NCBI GenBank assembly: GCA_002454045.1
Contig: DKID01000004.1
Location: forward strand, 6,259 to 70,258
Reading direction: 5' to 3'
Source: Nitrospina sp. UBA6727
GTDB lineage: Bacteria; Nitrospinota; Nitrospinia; Nitrospinales; VA-1
Length of the DNA stretch: 64,000 nucleotides
Below the pieces are notes generated by a model. It saw only the letters and a list, made by a program, of their open reading frames with translations. It was not told the origin of the DNA and did not search any database. A program made the position numbers and the translations under genes. Numbering within the stretch: position 1 is the stretch's first letter; each line of letters starts with the position of its first letter. This document shows, one piece after another, positions 8,929 to 19,583 of this stretch.

Positions 8929-9840
8929 ATGCCTCAATCCACCACGCGAAACTATTACAAGATTCTCGGCGTTACCCAAAAAACGAACAAGGCGGATATC
9001 AAAAAAAAATACCGCGTGCTGGCGAAACAATATCACCCAGACACCAACTTGGGAAGCAAGGCGGCCGAGGACAAGTTCAAAATTATCTCCGAGGCTTATG
9101 AAATACTCAGCGACACGAAAAAAAGAAAAGCCTATGACCGCGAGAGAGCTTACCGAAAAAAATCTTCGCGGCGACCTAAGAGCCGACCCGATTGGAACAC
9201 GGCGCGCGACGGATTCGGAAGAGAACCCGGCGGCGACAAGCAAGGCTTCGAGGAACCTTTCGCGCAGGAACCGGAGCCGGTCGATCCCGATATGCCGGCC
9301 AGTGGATTTGACTTGCAGTTCATCGTCGATGTCCCCCTCCCCGTCGTGGCGTTGGGAGGAACAATCCCCTACACTTACGAAAAATATGTGCGTTGCGAAG
9401 AATGCGACGGAACCGGAACTTGTGGTGACAGCGAATGTCCAGAGTGTCGCGGCAAACAATTGGTCGTCCGCCCCGTTACCCTTGACGTAAAAATTCCGCC
9501 GGGCGTCGCCGACCAATACACTCTAGCAATTCTCAAGGAAGGCGGCGCGGGAAGAAATGGAGGTCCCCCCGGAACTTTGTATTTGAAAATCCACACCCAA
9601 CCTCACCTAAAATTCAAGCGGGTCAAAAATGACATCATCCAAGAGGTGATCATTTCTTCCAGGCTGGCGGAGGAAGGGGGGCATCTTGAAGTCAAAACCT
9701 TGAACGCCACCACGACCATTCAAGTGGAAAAAGCAACTTTGGTTGGCGAAGAGTTACGCATACCGGGGGAAGGTGCGGCGATGAGTTGGGGGAAAAAGCG
9801 GGGAGACCTCATCATCAAATTTAATATTGAAGATGATTGA
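8929..9840 (+). CDS. J-domain co-chaperone (DnaJ/CbpA family) with a reduced zinc-finger region
   Basis: The J domain is NYYKILGV..KKKYRVLAKQYHPD..AEDKFKIISEAYEILSD. Only two CxxCxGxG-like motifs are present (CEECDGTG, CPECRGKQ). A DnaJ C-terminal beta domain follows. Confidence 0.85.
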   Translation: MPQSTTRNYYKILGVTQKTNKADIKKKYRVLAKQYHPDTNLGSKAAEDKFKIISEAYEILSDTKKRKAYDRERAYRKKSSRRPKSRPDWNTARDGFGREPGGDKQGFEEPFAQEPEPVDPDMPASGFDLQFIVDVPLPVVALGGTIPYTYEKYVRCEECDGTGTCGDSECPECRGKQLVVRPVTLDVKIPPGVADQYTLAILKEGGAGRNGGPPGTLYLKIHTQPHLKFKRVKNDIIQEVIISSRLAEEGGHLEVKTLNATTTIQVEKATLVGEELRIPGEGAAMSWGKKRGDLIIKFNIEDD

Positions 9841-9871
9841 TCACGGTTTTTTCCGTGACTGTTTCCGTGAC
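9841..9871 (+). terminator. Weak hairpin immediately after the dnaJ-like stop codon
   Basis: TCACGG-TTTTTT-CCGTGA (9841-9858) is followed by CTGTTTCCGTGAC. The 3' arm is duplicated (TTTCCGTGAC x2), which allows alternative pairings. The U-tract is poor. Confidence 0.3.
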
Positions 9872-9940
9872 CGCGACCGTCCTTTGTTGATATTTATTTT
9901 CTGGCGGGGAGCGCGACAACGGTTGCGCGCAAAACGAAGT

Positions 9941-10705
9941 TCAACCTTTGCGCGTCTTCACTTCCGACGCGTGTGCTTTAGCCCTCTTCAACATCGCGGC
10001 TCTTTCCTCTGAGGAAAATTCTCTTTGAGGGACGGGCGTTGAGACGTTGGACTTCGGCTTGACCGCGGTCGGTGTCGCCGGCGATTGTTCCGCCGTAGCA
10101 GGAGCGTCCGTCGAATTCTCAGTCGCGGGTTCTGCCGTGGCGACGGGGGCATCCGTCTTCCCGACTGGCGCAGGCGCCGCCTCGTCCTCTTTGCGAATCA
10201 ATCGCATGGACGACCAAACTTCTTGAGTGGGATAAGGTGTGTCGATCCCTATTTTTAAATCCATGCGGATAATTTTTTCATCGGAGCATTCGGTGATCCA
10301 AGTGTTGGACGCACCGCCCGGCGCGAATATTGAATCGATGGGATAGTCCGTCCCATTTTTATCTGCAAGAGATTTCGCGCCGCTCTTGTCGAAAAGAGTC
10401 AACGCCTCGGCTTTATTTGGGATTCGCCAATTATCGTAACCGCCAAACTTTTCTTTATTTTTGTTGACCCAATCCACATACTCCCGATGATCAATCCAGG
10501 TATAAAATTTTTTCGTATCCAGCCAGGCATCGGTCTTCTTCCACATATAACCGCTGTTCGGGTCCGTGATCGTCCCGTCGCCGTTGTCAACGAGAGGCTT
10601 TCCTACGGGGCCGGCCTTTTTCGCCGCCGCCGCTTTTTTCGTCGCCACAAGTTTGGCTTTTTCAGCGGGTGATAACTGGCTGTCAGACGGGGGAGTTTCT
10701 ACCAT
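9941..10705 (-). CDS. DUF1566 (Lcl C-terminal-like) domain protein with a Lys/Ala-rich N-terminus and a Pro/Ala/Thr-rich C-terminal tail
   Basis: ..LVDNGDGTITDPNSGYMWKKTD..WRIPNKAEALTLF.. is the DUF1566 signature. ATG 10705 lies 2 nt after the TGA stop of the upstream ORF, which suggests translational coupling. Confidence 0.7.
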   Translation of the reverse strand: MVETPPSDSQLSPAEKAKLVATKKAAAAKKAGPVGKPLVDNGDGTITDPNSGYMWKKTDAWLDTKKFYTWIDHREYVDWVNKNKEKFGGYDNWRIPNKAEALTLFDKSGAKSLADKNGTDYPIDSIFAPGGASNTWITECSDEKIIRMDLKIGIDTPYPTQEVWSSMRLIRKEDEAAPAPVGKTDAPVATAEPATENSTDAPATAEQSPATPTAVKPKSNVSTPVPQREFSSEERAAMLKRAKAHASEVKTRKG

Positions 10706-10707
10706 CC

Positions 10708-10989
10708 TCAACCTCTGGACACCGAAGAGGATTTAGTCTCTTCTAAAATATCATGCAAATCTTTTCCTGTTCGGGTGATGTTTTTCAAAATTTCACCCAA
10801 CTCGGACGCAGAATAAATATCTAACCGCGAACGAAAGTCCGCTCGATAGTCCGCGGCATTTTTGCGAATCCAATCCACGGCAACTCGTTCCCGAGTTTCG
10901 CGACTCGTGCTGGCGCATTTTTTATCCAGCAGGTTCGCTTGGGATAACCGTATAATTTCACAAATCAAATCTTCTTGAATCTGGCTCAT
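10708..10989 (-). CDS. Hypothetical protein (93 aa)
   Basis: The ORF has an ATG start and its stop abuts the DUF1566 gene start. I recognise no motif. Confidence 0.45.
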   Translation of the reverse strand: MSQIQEDLICEIIRLSQANLLDKKCASTSRETRERVAVDWIRKNAADYRADFRSRLDIYSASELGEILKNITRTGKDLHDILEETKSSSVSRG

Positions 10990-11103
10990 ACCAAAAATTC
11001 TAACACAAAACGCGGTGGAAGATTAGTCTCTACGGTTGCAAAAAAAAACGCCGCGTCATAAATCTTTTTGATAGGAGTGGGCGCGTGGATACGGCGCAAA
11101 CTC

Positions 11104-11928
11104 TTAAGCCGTGCTCTCCGAAGTGCGCGGGTCGAGAACCTCTCGCAAACCGTCTCCTAAAAAATTGAATGAGAGGATGGTTAAAAATATTGCCGACGAA
11201 GGAAATAAAATAAGGTGCGGATAAAACTTGATCGCCGTCCAACCATCATTGGCGAGGCTCCCCCAACTACTAAACGGCGGGGCGATTCCCAACCCGATGA
11301 AGCTCAATGTCGACTCCGCCAAAATCGCCACGGGCACGCGAAAACTCATCGTCACCACTAGGATGCTCAAAATATTAGGGAAAATTTCCCGCACCAAAAT
11401 CCTTGTCGGACTCGCTCCCAAAGCGCGCGCCGCCTGCACGTAGGGAAACTCTTTTATCCGCAAAACTTCTCCGCGCACGAGTCTTGCAACCGTGACCCAA
11501 CTTACCAGCGTCAAGGCGATGAAAACTCCCGCCACCCCACGCCCCATCAACACGGTGATGAGAATAATCATCAACAGGTCCGGCAACGCAAAAACCACAT
11601 CGACCAATCGCATCATCAGGTTATCGGTCCTGCCGCCGACGTAACCCGAGATGGCTCCGTAGATTGTTCCAATCAATAAGGCGAACAAGGTCGTGAACAC
11701 GCCGATGAATAACGACACCCGCGCGCCATAAATCATGCGCGAAAGAAGATCGCGGCCGAGTCGGTCGGTGCCCATCCAATGCTCGAAACTGGGGAACGCC
11801 AAAGTCTTGAGAGTGTCCTGCGTTTCATAAGAATACGGAGCCACCCATGGCGCCAACACCGCCGTCGCCGAAACGATTAGGAGAAAACCGGCGCTCAATT
11901 TGGAAGCGAGAGAAAATCGGTTCATCAT
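11104..11928 (-). CDS. ABC oligopeptide/dipeptide-type permease (OppC/DppC family)
   Basis: ..HWMGTDRLGRDLLSRMIYGARVSLFIGV.. and the BPD_transp_1 core are present. The protein has six predicted TM segments. Confidence 0.9.
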   Translation of the reverse strand: MMNRFSLASKLSAGFLLIVSATAVLAPWVAPYSYETQDTLKTLAFPSFEHWMGTDRLGRDLLSRMIYGARVSLFIGVFTTLFALLIGTIYGAISGYVGGRTDNLMMRLVDVVFALPDLLMIILITVLMGRGVAGVFIALTLVSWVTVARLVRGEVLRIKEFPYVQAARALGASPTRILVREIFPNILSILVVTMSFRVPVAILAESTLSFIGLGIAPPFSSWGSLANDGWTAIKFYPHLILFPSSAIFLTILSFNFLGDGLREVLDPRTSESTA

Positions 11929-11960
11929 TTTATTTTAGATTGGAAAAAATAATTTCTTTA

Positions 11961-13793
11961 TCAACTCGATTCGCAGGGCGGTTGTTCGCCAGAAATCACC
12001 TTCAAAAAACTGGCCGCATAACGCTTCAACTTGGCTTCTCCAACACCGGACAATCCGCCAAACTCTACGGTTGACGCGGGCCTTTTTTGCGCCATTTCTA
12101 ATAATGTACTGTCGTGGAAAATGGTGAATGGAGGGACTTTTTGTTCGTCGGCTAATGCTCGGCGGTGCGCGCGCAAATCCTGAAAAAGAGCCTCATCTGC
12201 ATCATTGTCGAGCGTGACCTTTGGCTTCTTAATTTTTTTATCTCTTGACCGATCTGCTTTTTTACTAAACTGGTCTTCCCTTAACAGTATTTTTTCTTCG
12301 CCGCGTAAAACTCCTTTGCAATTCTCGCCCAAGCGATAACCGCCGTGGCCTTCCATGTCAACAACCAACAAATTTCTTGCTACTAATTGACGGAAAATAG
12401 ATCGCCATTGATTTTTAGAATATTCTTTTCCAATTCCATAAGTTGATATTTTGTCATGCCCGAATTGAATAATTCTGGCGGAATCACTTCCCAGCAAGAC
12501 ATCGATTATGTACACGGCGCCAAATCGTTCGCCTGTTTTATAAACGCATGATAAGGCTTTCTGCGTTGCCACGGTTGCGTCAAAAGACTTTGCCGGTTCC
12601 AGGCAAGTATCACAATTGCCACAAGGGTCCTTTAAACTTTCGCCAAAATATTCAAGTAGAACTTGACGTCTGCACCGCGTTGTTTCGCAGAGGCCAAGCA
12701 GGGCATCGAGTTTTTGTCGCTCTATTCTCTTTTGATCCTCCGAAGCATTCGACGACACAATGAAGTTAATAATCTTCGACAAATCCTCAAGTCCATAAGC
12801 AAGCCATGCATTTGATTTAAGTCCGTCTCGACCAGCACGGCCTGTTTCCTGATAATAAGACTCTATATTTTTAGGCAGGTCCAAGTGGCACACAAAACGT
12901 ACATCGGGTTTGTCAATTCCCATACCAAAAGCAATTGTAGCGACCATGATAATGTTTTCTTCTTTGAGGAATTTATCCTGGTTTGCCGCGCGGTGGTTTT
13001 TATCCATTCCAGCGTGATAGGGCAACGCGTTAAACCCCTCTTTGATTAACCATTCGGCTGTCGCTTCAACCTTACTTCTTGATATGCAATAAACTATCCC
13101 CGAATCCCCGATGTGATTCTCTTCAATAAATTTTAATAGTTTACTTTTTGACTCGTCCTTAGAAACAATCGCGTATTTAATATTCGGTCTGTCAAAGCTG
13201 GAAACAAACAAACGCCCGTCTTTTAGTTCTAAGCGTTCTATTATGTCGCGGCGAGTTGGGCCATCAGCGGTCGCCGTTAACGCGAGCCTCGGTGTGTTGG
13301 GAAAAAGATTTTTCAATACGTTTAATTTTAGATATTCCGGCCGAAAATCATGGCCCCATCGAGAAACACAATGCGCCTCGTCAATTGCGATCAAACTCAA
13401 TTTGCATTTGCTTAAATGATTGAGGAATGCTTCCGCAAGCAGCCTTTCGGGAGACACGTAGACGAGGTCCAGTGAACCCTTTAATAATTTCTGTTCCACT
13501 TCCTTAGCTTCCAAACGGGAGAGCGTTGAGTTTAATACCGATGCTCTAACGCCTAACTGGTTAAGCGATTCAACCTGGTCGCGCATCAAGGCTATCAACG
13601 GAGAAATCACTAATCCCACCCCGTCCCTGTATAACGCGGGAATTTGATAGCAGAGCGATTTACCGCCACCTGTCGGCATTAGCACTAGAGCGTCATCCCC
13701 TGCAATCACATGGTCGATGACTTCATCTTGCAAGCCTAAAAAAGAATCGAAGCCAAAAATATTATTTAAAATTTCTTTAGGTGATTTTCGCAT
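11961..13793 (-). CDS. recQ: ATP-dependent DNA helicase RecQ
   Basis: FGFDSFLGLQDEVIDHV..LVLMPTGGGKSLCYQIPAL, DEAHCVSRWGHDFRPEY, the RecQ Zn-binding Cys cluster (CETTRCRRQ..CGNCDTC) and a C-terminal HRDC domain (LFQDLRAHRRALADEQKVPPFTIFHDSTLLEMA) are all present. Confidence 0.95.
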   Translation of the reverse strand: MRKSPKEILNNIFGFDSFLGLQDEVIDHVIAGDDALVLMPTGGGKSLCYQIPALYRDGVGLVISPLIALMRDQVESLNQLGVRASVLNSTLSRLEAKEVEQKLLKGSLDLVYVSPERLLAEAFLNHLSKCKLSLIAIDEAHCVSRWGHDFRPEYLKLNVLKNLFPNTPRLALTATADGPTRRDIIERLELKDGRLFVSSFDRPNIKYAIVSKDESKSKLLKFIEENHIGDSGIVYCISRSKVEATAEWLIKEGFNALPYHAGMDKNHRAANQDKFLKEENIIMVATIAFGMGIDKPDVRFVCHLDLPKNIESYYQETGRAGRDGLKSNAWLAYGLEDLSKIINFIVSSNASEDQKRIERQKLDALLGLCETTRCRRQVLLEYFGESLKDPCGNCDTCLEPAKSFDATVATQKALSCVYKTGERFGAVYIIDVLLGSDSARIIQFGHDKISTYGIGKEYSKNQWRSIFRQLVARNLLVVDMEGHGGYRLGENCKGVLRGEEKILLREDQFSKKADRSRDKKIKKPKVTLDNDADEALFQDLRAHRRALADEQKVPPFTIFHDSTLLEMAQKRPASTVEFGGLSGVGEAKLKRYAASFLKVISGEQPPCESS

Positions 13794-13840
13794 TTATTGA
13801 AAACTTTGAAATCGCCAACGCGGGATTTATAAAACGCGCC

Positions 13841-14758
13841 TTAGTCAAAATTCACTCTCGGGTCCAACCAACCGTAAACCATATCCACGATCATGTTCGC
13901 GATTACAATCAGCACCGCGTAAACCAGCGTCACTCCCATTATCAAAGGGTAGTCGCGGTTCGTCACAGCGGTGATGAAAAATCGCCCCATCCCAGGAATC
14001 GAAAAGATATATTCAATGACGAAGGAACCGGTGACCAGCCCCGCCGCCAGAGGACCCATCACCGAGACGATGGGATAAATTGAGTTTTTCAAAACATGTT
14101 TGAACATAATCACAGGTTCCGTCAGCCCCTTGGCGCGCGCGGTTCGAATATAATCCGAAGCTAAAATATCTAGCACCGTGGTTCGTGTCAGCCGCGCGAC
14201 ATACCCGGCAAAACCTGCGCCCAGCGCGAACGCCGGCAAAATCATATGACGCGGACCTTCCCACAAAGCCGGGGGAAGCAAGTGCCAATGATGCGAGAAG
14301 ATCCAAACGGACATCGCCGCCAAAACAAAACTAGGCACCGAAATTCCCATCGCCGCCAAAAGCAGAATCGACCGATCCAGCAACGAATTTTTCCAATACG
14401 CCGCAACCATCCCGGCGGGAATCCCCAATCCCAAAACGATCGCAACCGCGCAGAGCCCTAACATAAAAGAGACGGGAAACGTGTCTCGGATAATGTCCGA
14501 AACGTCCCGCCCCAAATATTTGTAAGACGGCCCCAAATCGCCTTGCAATAATTGCTTCATATAAAGAAGATATTGCAGAGGCAGAGGTTTATCGAGATGA
14601 TACTTGGCTTCTATGTTGGCGATGATTTCCGGTGGAAGAATTTTTTCCGTATCGAACGGTCCCCCGGGAACTACATGCATGATGAGGAAGGTGAGCGTCG
14701 CAACCGTAACCAGAACTGGTATTCCCAACAAAACCCGCCTGATAACAAAACGCAACAT
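13841..14758 (-). CDS. ABC oligopeptide/dipeptide-type permease (OppB/DppB family)
   Basis: MLRFVIRRVLLGIPVLVTVATLTFLIMHVVPGGPF..GDLGPSYKY..YIRTARAKGL is present. Confidence 0.9.
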   Translation of the reverse strand: MLRFVIRRVLLGIPVLVTVATLTFLIMHVVPGGPFDTEKILPPEIIANIEAKYHLDKPLPLQYLLYMKQLLQGDLGPSYKYLGRDVSDIIRDTFPVSFMLGLCAVAIVLGLGIPAGMVAAYWKNSLLDRSILLLAAMGISVPSFVLAAMSVWIFSHHWHLLPPALWEGPRHMILPAFALGAGFAGYVARLTRTTVLDILASDYIRTARAKGLTEPVIMFKHVLKNSIYPIVSVMGPLAAGLVTGSFVIEYIFSIPGMGRFFITAVTNRDYPLIMGVTLVYAVLIVIANMIVDMVYGWLDPRVNFD

Positions 14759-14886
14759 GCCAGCATCTTACCACCACCAACATTCGAGAGGAAGAAGGGA
14801 CTCGCTATTCTCGGTGGAAATAATTTTTCCTCTTGATGCGGGTCAGTGGGATATAATGCCAAGCCGTTTTCTTTTCACGGGACACG

Positions 14887-16743
14887 ATGAAATATTCTTC
14901 GTTGACAGAATTCATAACTCGGCTGGAACTTGAAGGGGAACTCTTGCGGGTGAAAGAGCTCGTCTCGCCCATCCTCGAAATTTCGGAAATCACTGACCGT
15001 GTATCCAAACAAACCGGCGGCGGCAAAGCTCTGTTTTTTGAAAACGTCGAAGGCAGTTCCATGCCCGTGCTCATCAACGCTTTTGGTAGTACGAAGCGAA
15101 TGAACATGGCGCTAGGTGTCCGCAATATTGAAGACATCGCCAAACGAATCGAAAGCTATATTAAAATTTCGCCGCCATCCACCCTGCTGGAAAAAGTAAA
15201 ACTCTTGCCCATGCTTTTACAAGCGACGCAGTTTCCGCCCAAACTTACGCAAACCGCTCATCCCCCTTGCCAAGAAGTTGTCCACGTGGACGATGATATT
15301 GATCTGGGGACAATCCCGATCTTGCAATGCTGGCCGCAGGACGCGGGACGATTCATCACCTTCCCCATCGTGATCAATCGCAGCGCCGATAAAAAAATCA
15401 GAAACGTGGGACTTTACCGCATGCAAGTGTACGACCGCAAAACCACCGCCATGCACTGGCACATTCACAAAGACGGCGCGCATTTTTTCCACGAATACCG
15501 CAAACAAAATAAGGTGATGGAAGTTGCGGTCGCGCTCGGCGCCGACCCGGCATCCTGCTATTCCGCCTCCGCTCCTTTGCCTTACGGCGTCGACGAATTT
15601 CTTCTTGCCGGTTTTATCCGCAAGGCAAGCGTGCCGTTAGTGAAATGCAAGACAGTAGATTTGGAAGTTCCAGCCAACGCGGAAATTATTTTGGAAGGCT
15701 ACATCGACCCGTCCGAAACGCGACTGGAAGGACCGTTCGGCGACCACACCGGTTATTACTCGCAAGACGGCGAGTATCCAATCTTTCATCTCACCGCCAT
15801 CACTCATCGCAAGAACCCGGTTTACTTGACGACCATCGTCGGCAAACCGCCGCAAGAAGATTTTTATTTGGGGCGAGCAACCGAGCGCATTTTTCTTCCC
15901 TTGCTCAAAACTCAACTTCCCGAAATCATCGACATGGATATGCCGGCGGAGGGAATCTTTCACAACTGCGTCATCGTTTCTCTCGACAAACGTTACCCGA
16001 TGCAATCGCGAAAACTGATGAATGCTTTGTGGGGACTCGGTCAAATGAGCTTCGTCAAAACCATCGTCACCGTTCCCGCCGATGTCAATGTTCATAACTA
16101 CGAAGAAGTGGCGAAACTTTTGCTCGATGAAGTGGATTTTGCAACCGACCTGTTTTTCTCCGAAGGGATTCTCGATGTTCTCAACCACGCTTCCGACCAA
16201 AAACTATACGGCTCAAAACTAGGCATCGACCTCACCTTGAAAATAGAAGGAGAGCCGGGCTACGAAAAAAAATATCCCGCCGGTAACGATGCCAATGACG
16301 GCGGCGCGCATGACGACGGCAATTCCAAACTTCCCGCCGCGGAAAAAGTGATGGCGGCGTTTAAGGATGTGCGAGCCTGCAAGGTTTTAGAACTTCAAAC
16401 CCGGCGGCGTGTTTTGCTCGTAGCCTTCAACAAAACCGCCGCGCATCAGGGGAAACAATTTATTCATTCGTTTTTGGATCACCCCGATTTTTCTGCCATC
16501 GGAATTGTCGTCGTGCTAGAAGGCCACGTGGATGTTGCGGATACTTCCGCGGTGATGTGGAAATTTTTCAACAACCTCGAACCAAAGCGGGATTTTTATT
16601 TTAACGCTGGACGTTTGGGAATTGATGCAACGCAAAAATTCCGCGACGAAGGTTATCAACAAAACTGGCCAGATGAAATTGAGATGGCGGCGAAAATTAA
16701 AACGCAAGTCGATAAAAAATGGGACGACCTGTTTAAAAAATAA
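14887..16743 (+). CDS. UbiD-family (prenylated-FMN) decarboxylase, long form (618 aa). It is probably the quinone (menaquinone/futalosine-type) biosynthesis decarboxylase.
   Basis: ..LLRVKELVSPILEISEITDRV..GKALFFENVEGS..WPQDAGRFITFP..GLYRMQV..WHIHKDGA.. is UbiD-like. It has a ~120-aa C-terminal extension relative to the ~490-aa UbiD I remember. A perfect TATAAT at 14852-14857 lies 30 nt upstream. Confidence 0.85.
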   Translation: MKYSSLTEFITRLELEGELLRVKELVSPILEISEITDRVSKQTGGGKALFFENVEGSSMPVLINAFGSTKRMNMALGVRNIEDIAKRIESYIKISPPSTLLEKVKLLPMLLQATQFPPKLTQTAHPPCQEVVHVDDDIDLGTIPILQCWPQDAGRFITFPIVINRSADKKIRNVGLYRMQVYDRKTTAMHWHIHKDGAHFFHEYRKQNKVMEVAVALGADPASCYSASAPLPYGVDEFLLAGFIRKASVPLVKCKTVDLEVPANAEIILEGYIDPSETRLEGPFGDHTGYYSQDGEYPIFHLTAITHRKNPVYLTTIVGKPPQEDFYLGRATERIFLPLLKTQLPEIIDMDMPAEGIFHNCVIVSLDKRYPMQSRKLMNALWGLGQMSFVKTIVTVPADVNVHNYEEVAKLLLDEVDFATDLFFSEGILDVLNHASDQKLYGSKLGIDLTLKIEGEPGYEKKYPAGNDANDGGAHDDGNSKLPAAEKVMAAFKDVRACKVLELQTRRRVLLVAFNKTAAHQGKQFIHSFLDHPDFSAIGIVVVLEGHVDVADTSAVMWKFFNNLEPKRDFYFNAGRLGIDATQKFRDEGYQQNWPDEIEMAAKIKTQVDKKWDDLFKK

Positions 16744-16749
16744 TTCACC

Positions 16750-19575
16750 ATGGCACTGGAACACATCACCATAAAAGGCGCGAGGGAACACAACCTTAAA
16801 AACTTGAGCCTCACCCTGCCGCGAGAAAAACTGGTGGTGATAACCGGCTTGAGCGGGTCGGGAAAATCTTCCCTCGCGTTCGACACCATTTACGCCGAAG
16901 GTCAGCGCCGATATGTTGAGTCTTTGTCCGCCTACGCGCGGCAGTTTTTGGAATTGATGGAAAAGCCCGATGTGGATTCCATCGACGGGCTCTCCCCGGC
17001 CATCTCGATTGAACAGAAAACTTCCAGCAAAAATCCACGCTCCACCGTCGGCACGGTGACGGAAATTTATGACTACCTGCGCTTGCTCTACGCCAGAGTC
17101 GGGAAAGTTTTTTGTTACGGTTGCGGGCGACAAGTTACTTCGCAAACCGTGCAACACATCGTCGACCAAATCCAAACAATCCCCATCGGCAAGAAGGTGA
17201 TCCTCCTTTCCCCTGTAGCCCGGAACAAGAAGGGGGAATTCAAAAAAGAAATTCTGGATATGAAAAGAAAAGGATTCATCCGCGCGCGCATCAACGGTGA
17301 AGTCCGCTCCTTGGAAGAAAAAATTATTCTCAACAAAAAATTTAAACACACTCTTGAAATAGTGGTCGACAGATTAGTCATTAAAAAAAATATGGGGCAA
17401 CGACTTGCCGAGTCCGTCGAAACCGCGCTCAATCATGGGGAAGGTTCTTTGGTCGTCGTCATCCTTGAAGATGAGGGCGAACCTCAAGAGTTGTTGTTCA
17501 GCGAAAAATTCGCTTGCAGTTATTGCAACATCAGTTATCCGGAACTGGAGCCGCGCTTATTCTCTTTCAACAATCCGCAAGGAGCATGCGCGCAATGCGA
17601 TGGGCTGGGAGTCAAAATGGTGATTGACCCCGAACTGGTCGTGCCAGACCCGCGACTTTCGGTCCGCGATGGAGCGTTGAAGCCGTGGGAAAAACGCGGC
17701 TCCATTTATTTCCACCAGATGCTGGATACCATCTCCAACCATTTTAAGTTCAAACTCAACACTCCGTTTCAAAAATTATCCAAGAAGACCCGCGACATTC
17801 TTTTATTCGGTTCCGGCAAGGAGTCGGTGAAATATTATTTTGAAAAAGATGGGAGAAAACAATTTTACACCGACACGTTCGACGGCGTAATTCCGGATCT
17901 AAAAAGGCGTTATCACGAAACCGATTCCGCCACCGCCCGCGAAGAAATTGCGCAATACATGCGTCCCCTGCCCTGTCAAACCTGCGGCGGCGACCGGTTG
18001 CGGAAAGAAGCGGTCGCGGTAAAAATTGCCGACCACAACATCGTGGAGGTCACGGCATTCTCCATCGGTCAAGCCTACCAATATTTTCGCAAGTTGACGC
18101 TGTCCCAACAGGAACACAACATCGCCAAGAGAATCGTCAAAGAAATTAAAGAGCGCCTGAAGTTTCTCACCAATGTCGGACTGGAATATCTTTCGCTAAA
18201 CCGTTCCGCCGCAACTTTGTCGGGCGGGGAAAGTCAACGCATCCGCCTCGCTACACAAATCGGTTCTAGTCTGATGGGAGTTTTGTACGTGCTCGATGAA
18301 CCCAGCATTGGACTGCACCAGCGGGACAACGCTCGTCTGCTGAACACCCTCTTCCATTTGCGCGACTTGGGCAACACCGTCATCGTGGTTGAACACGATG
18401 AAGCCACCATCCGCGCGGCTGACTACGTCGTCGACCTTGGTCCCGGGGCGGGCGTTTGCGGCGGCGAAACTATTTTTGCGGGAACGCCTAAAGCTTTGCT
18501 CCGGTGCAAAGATTCTCTGACGGGACAATATCTTTCTGGCAAAAAGAAAATCCCGCTACCTAAAAATCGGCGCAAAGGCAACGGGAAAACACTTGAGATT
18601 CACGGCGCCGGGGAAAATAATCTGAAGGGAATAACCGTAAAAATTCCGCTCGGCTGTTTCGTCTGCGTGACCGGAGTTTCTGGCTCGGGAAAAAGTACAC
18701 TCACCATCGATATTTTATACAAAGCGTTGGCTCGACATTTTTGGAACGCGATGAGCAAGCCGGGCAAGTTCAAAAAAATTCACGGCTTGCAATGGCTCGA
18801 CAAAGTCATCGACATTGACCAGTCGCCAATAGGAAGAACGCCGCGGTCTAATCCCGCCACCTATACCGGCGTGTTCACCCTTGTCCGCGAATTGTTTAGC
18901 CAGGTTCCCGAGTCGCGAGTCCGCGGTTACAAACCGGGACGGTTCAGTTTTAATGTCAGAGGGGGAAGGTGCGAGGCTTGCCGGGGAGACGGCGTCATCA
19001 AAATTGAAATGCATTTTTTGCCCGACGTGTTCGTCACTTGCGAAGTTTGCCAGGGGAAACGATTCAACCGGGAAACGTTGGAAATTCTTTATAAAGGAAA
19101 AAATATCGCCGACGTGTTGAATATGACGGCGGAGGAAGCGAAGGAATTTTTCACCAACATTCCTTCCGTCAAAAATAAATTGCAGACCATCACCGAAGTC
19201 GGATTGGATTATATAAGGTTAGGCCAGCAAGCCACCACCTTATCCGGCGGGGAAGCGCAACGCGTCAAACTTTCAAAAGAGTTGAGCAAACGTAGCACCG
19301 GCAGGACGTTGTATATTCTTGACGAGCCGACGACGGGACTGCATTTCGCCGACATCGAAAACCTGTTGCGCGTTCTCGATAGGTTGGTGGACACCGGCAA
19401 TACGGTGATCATCATCGAACATAATATGGACGTAATCAAAACCGCCGACCACATCATCGACCTTGGGCCAGAAGGCGGCGACGGCGGTGGACGAGTTCTC
19501 GCGGAAGGCACGCCGGAAAAGATCGCGAAAACTAAAACCTCTTACACGGGAAGATATTTGAAGGAATATCTTTGA
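16750..19575 (+). CDS. uvrA: Excinuclease ABC subunit A
   Basis: The protein is 941 aa. [59 protein letters not shown] is present, with two ABC modules, zinc-finger Cys clusters and LSGGE signatures. Confidence 0.97.
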   Translation: MALEHITIKGAREHNLKNLSLTLPREKLVVITGLSGSGKSSLAFDTIYAEGQRRYVESLSAYARQFLELMEKPDVDSIDGLSPAISIEQKTSSKNPRSTVGTVTEIYDYLRLLYARVGKVFCYGCGRQVTSQTVQHIVDQIQTIPIGKKVILLSPVARNKKGEFKKEILDMKRKGFIRARINGEVRSLEEKIILNKKFKHTLEIVVDRLVIKKNMGQRLAESVETALNHGEGSLVVVILEDEGEPQELLFSEKFACSYCNISYPELEPRLFSFNNPQGACAQCDGLGVKMVIDPELVVPDPRLSVRDGALKPWEKRGSIYFHQMLDTISNHFKFKLNTPFQKLSKKTRDILLFGSGKESVKYYFEKDGRKQFYTDTFDGVIPDLKRRYHETDSATAREEIAQYMRPLPCQTCGGDRLRKEAVAVKIADHNIVEVTAFSIGQAYQYFRKLTLSQQEHNIAKRIVKEIKERLKFLTNVGLEYLSLNRSAATLSGGESQRIRLATQIGSSLMGVLYVLDEPSIGLHQRDNARLLNTLFHLRDLGNTVIVVEHDEATIRAADYVVDLGPGAGVCGGETIFAGTPKALLRCKDSLTGQYLSGKKKIPLPKNRRKGNGKTLEIHGAGENNLKGITVKIPLGCFVCVTGVSGSGKSTLTIDILYKALARHFWNAMSKPGKFKKIHGLQWLDKVIDIDQSPIGRTPRSNPATYTGVFTLVRELFSQVPESRVRGYKPGRFSFNVRGGRCEACRGDGVIKIEMHFLPDVFVTCEVCQGKRFNRETLEILYKGKNIADVLNMTAEEAKEFFTNIPSVKNKLQTITEVGLDYIRLGQQATTLSGGEAQRVKLSKELSKRSTGRTLYILDEPTTGLHFADIENLLRVLDRLVDTGNTVIIIEHNMDVIKTADHIIDLGPEGGDGGGRVLAEGTPEKIAKTKTSYTGRYLKEYL

Positions 19576-19583
19576 AGTTTTAC

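Noticed and set aside
8852-9516. 212-aa (+) and 198-aa (-) ORFs overlapping the dnaJ-like gene.
   Set aside because: The frame 8929..9840 carries an unmistakable J domain with HPD. The alternatives are Arg/Ser-rich with no motifs.
16516-17349. 277-aa minus-strand ORF spanning the ubiD-family/uvrA junction.
   Set aside because: It is antisense to two strongly supported genes, crosses their intergenic gap, and shows no homology signal.
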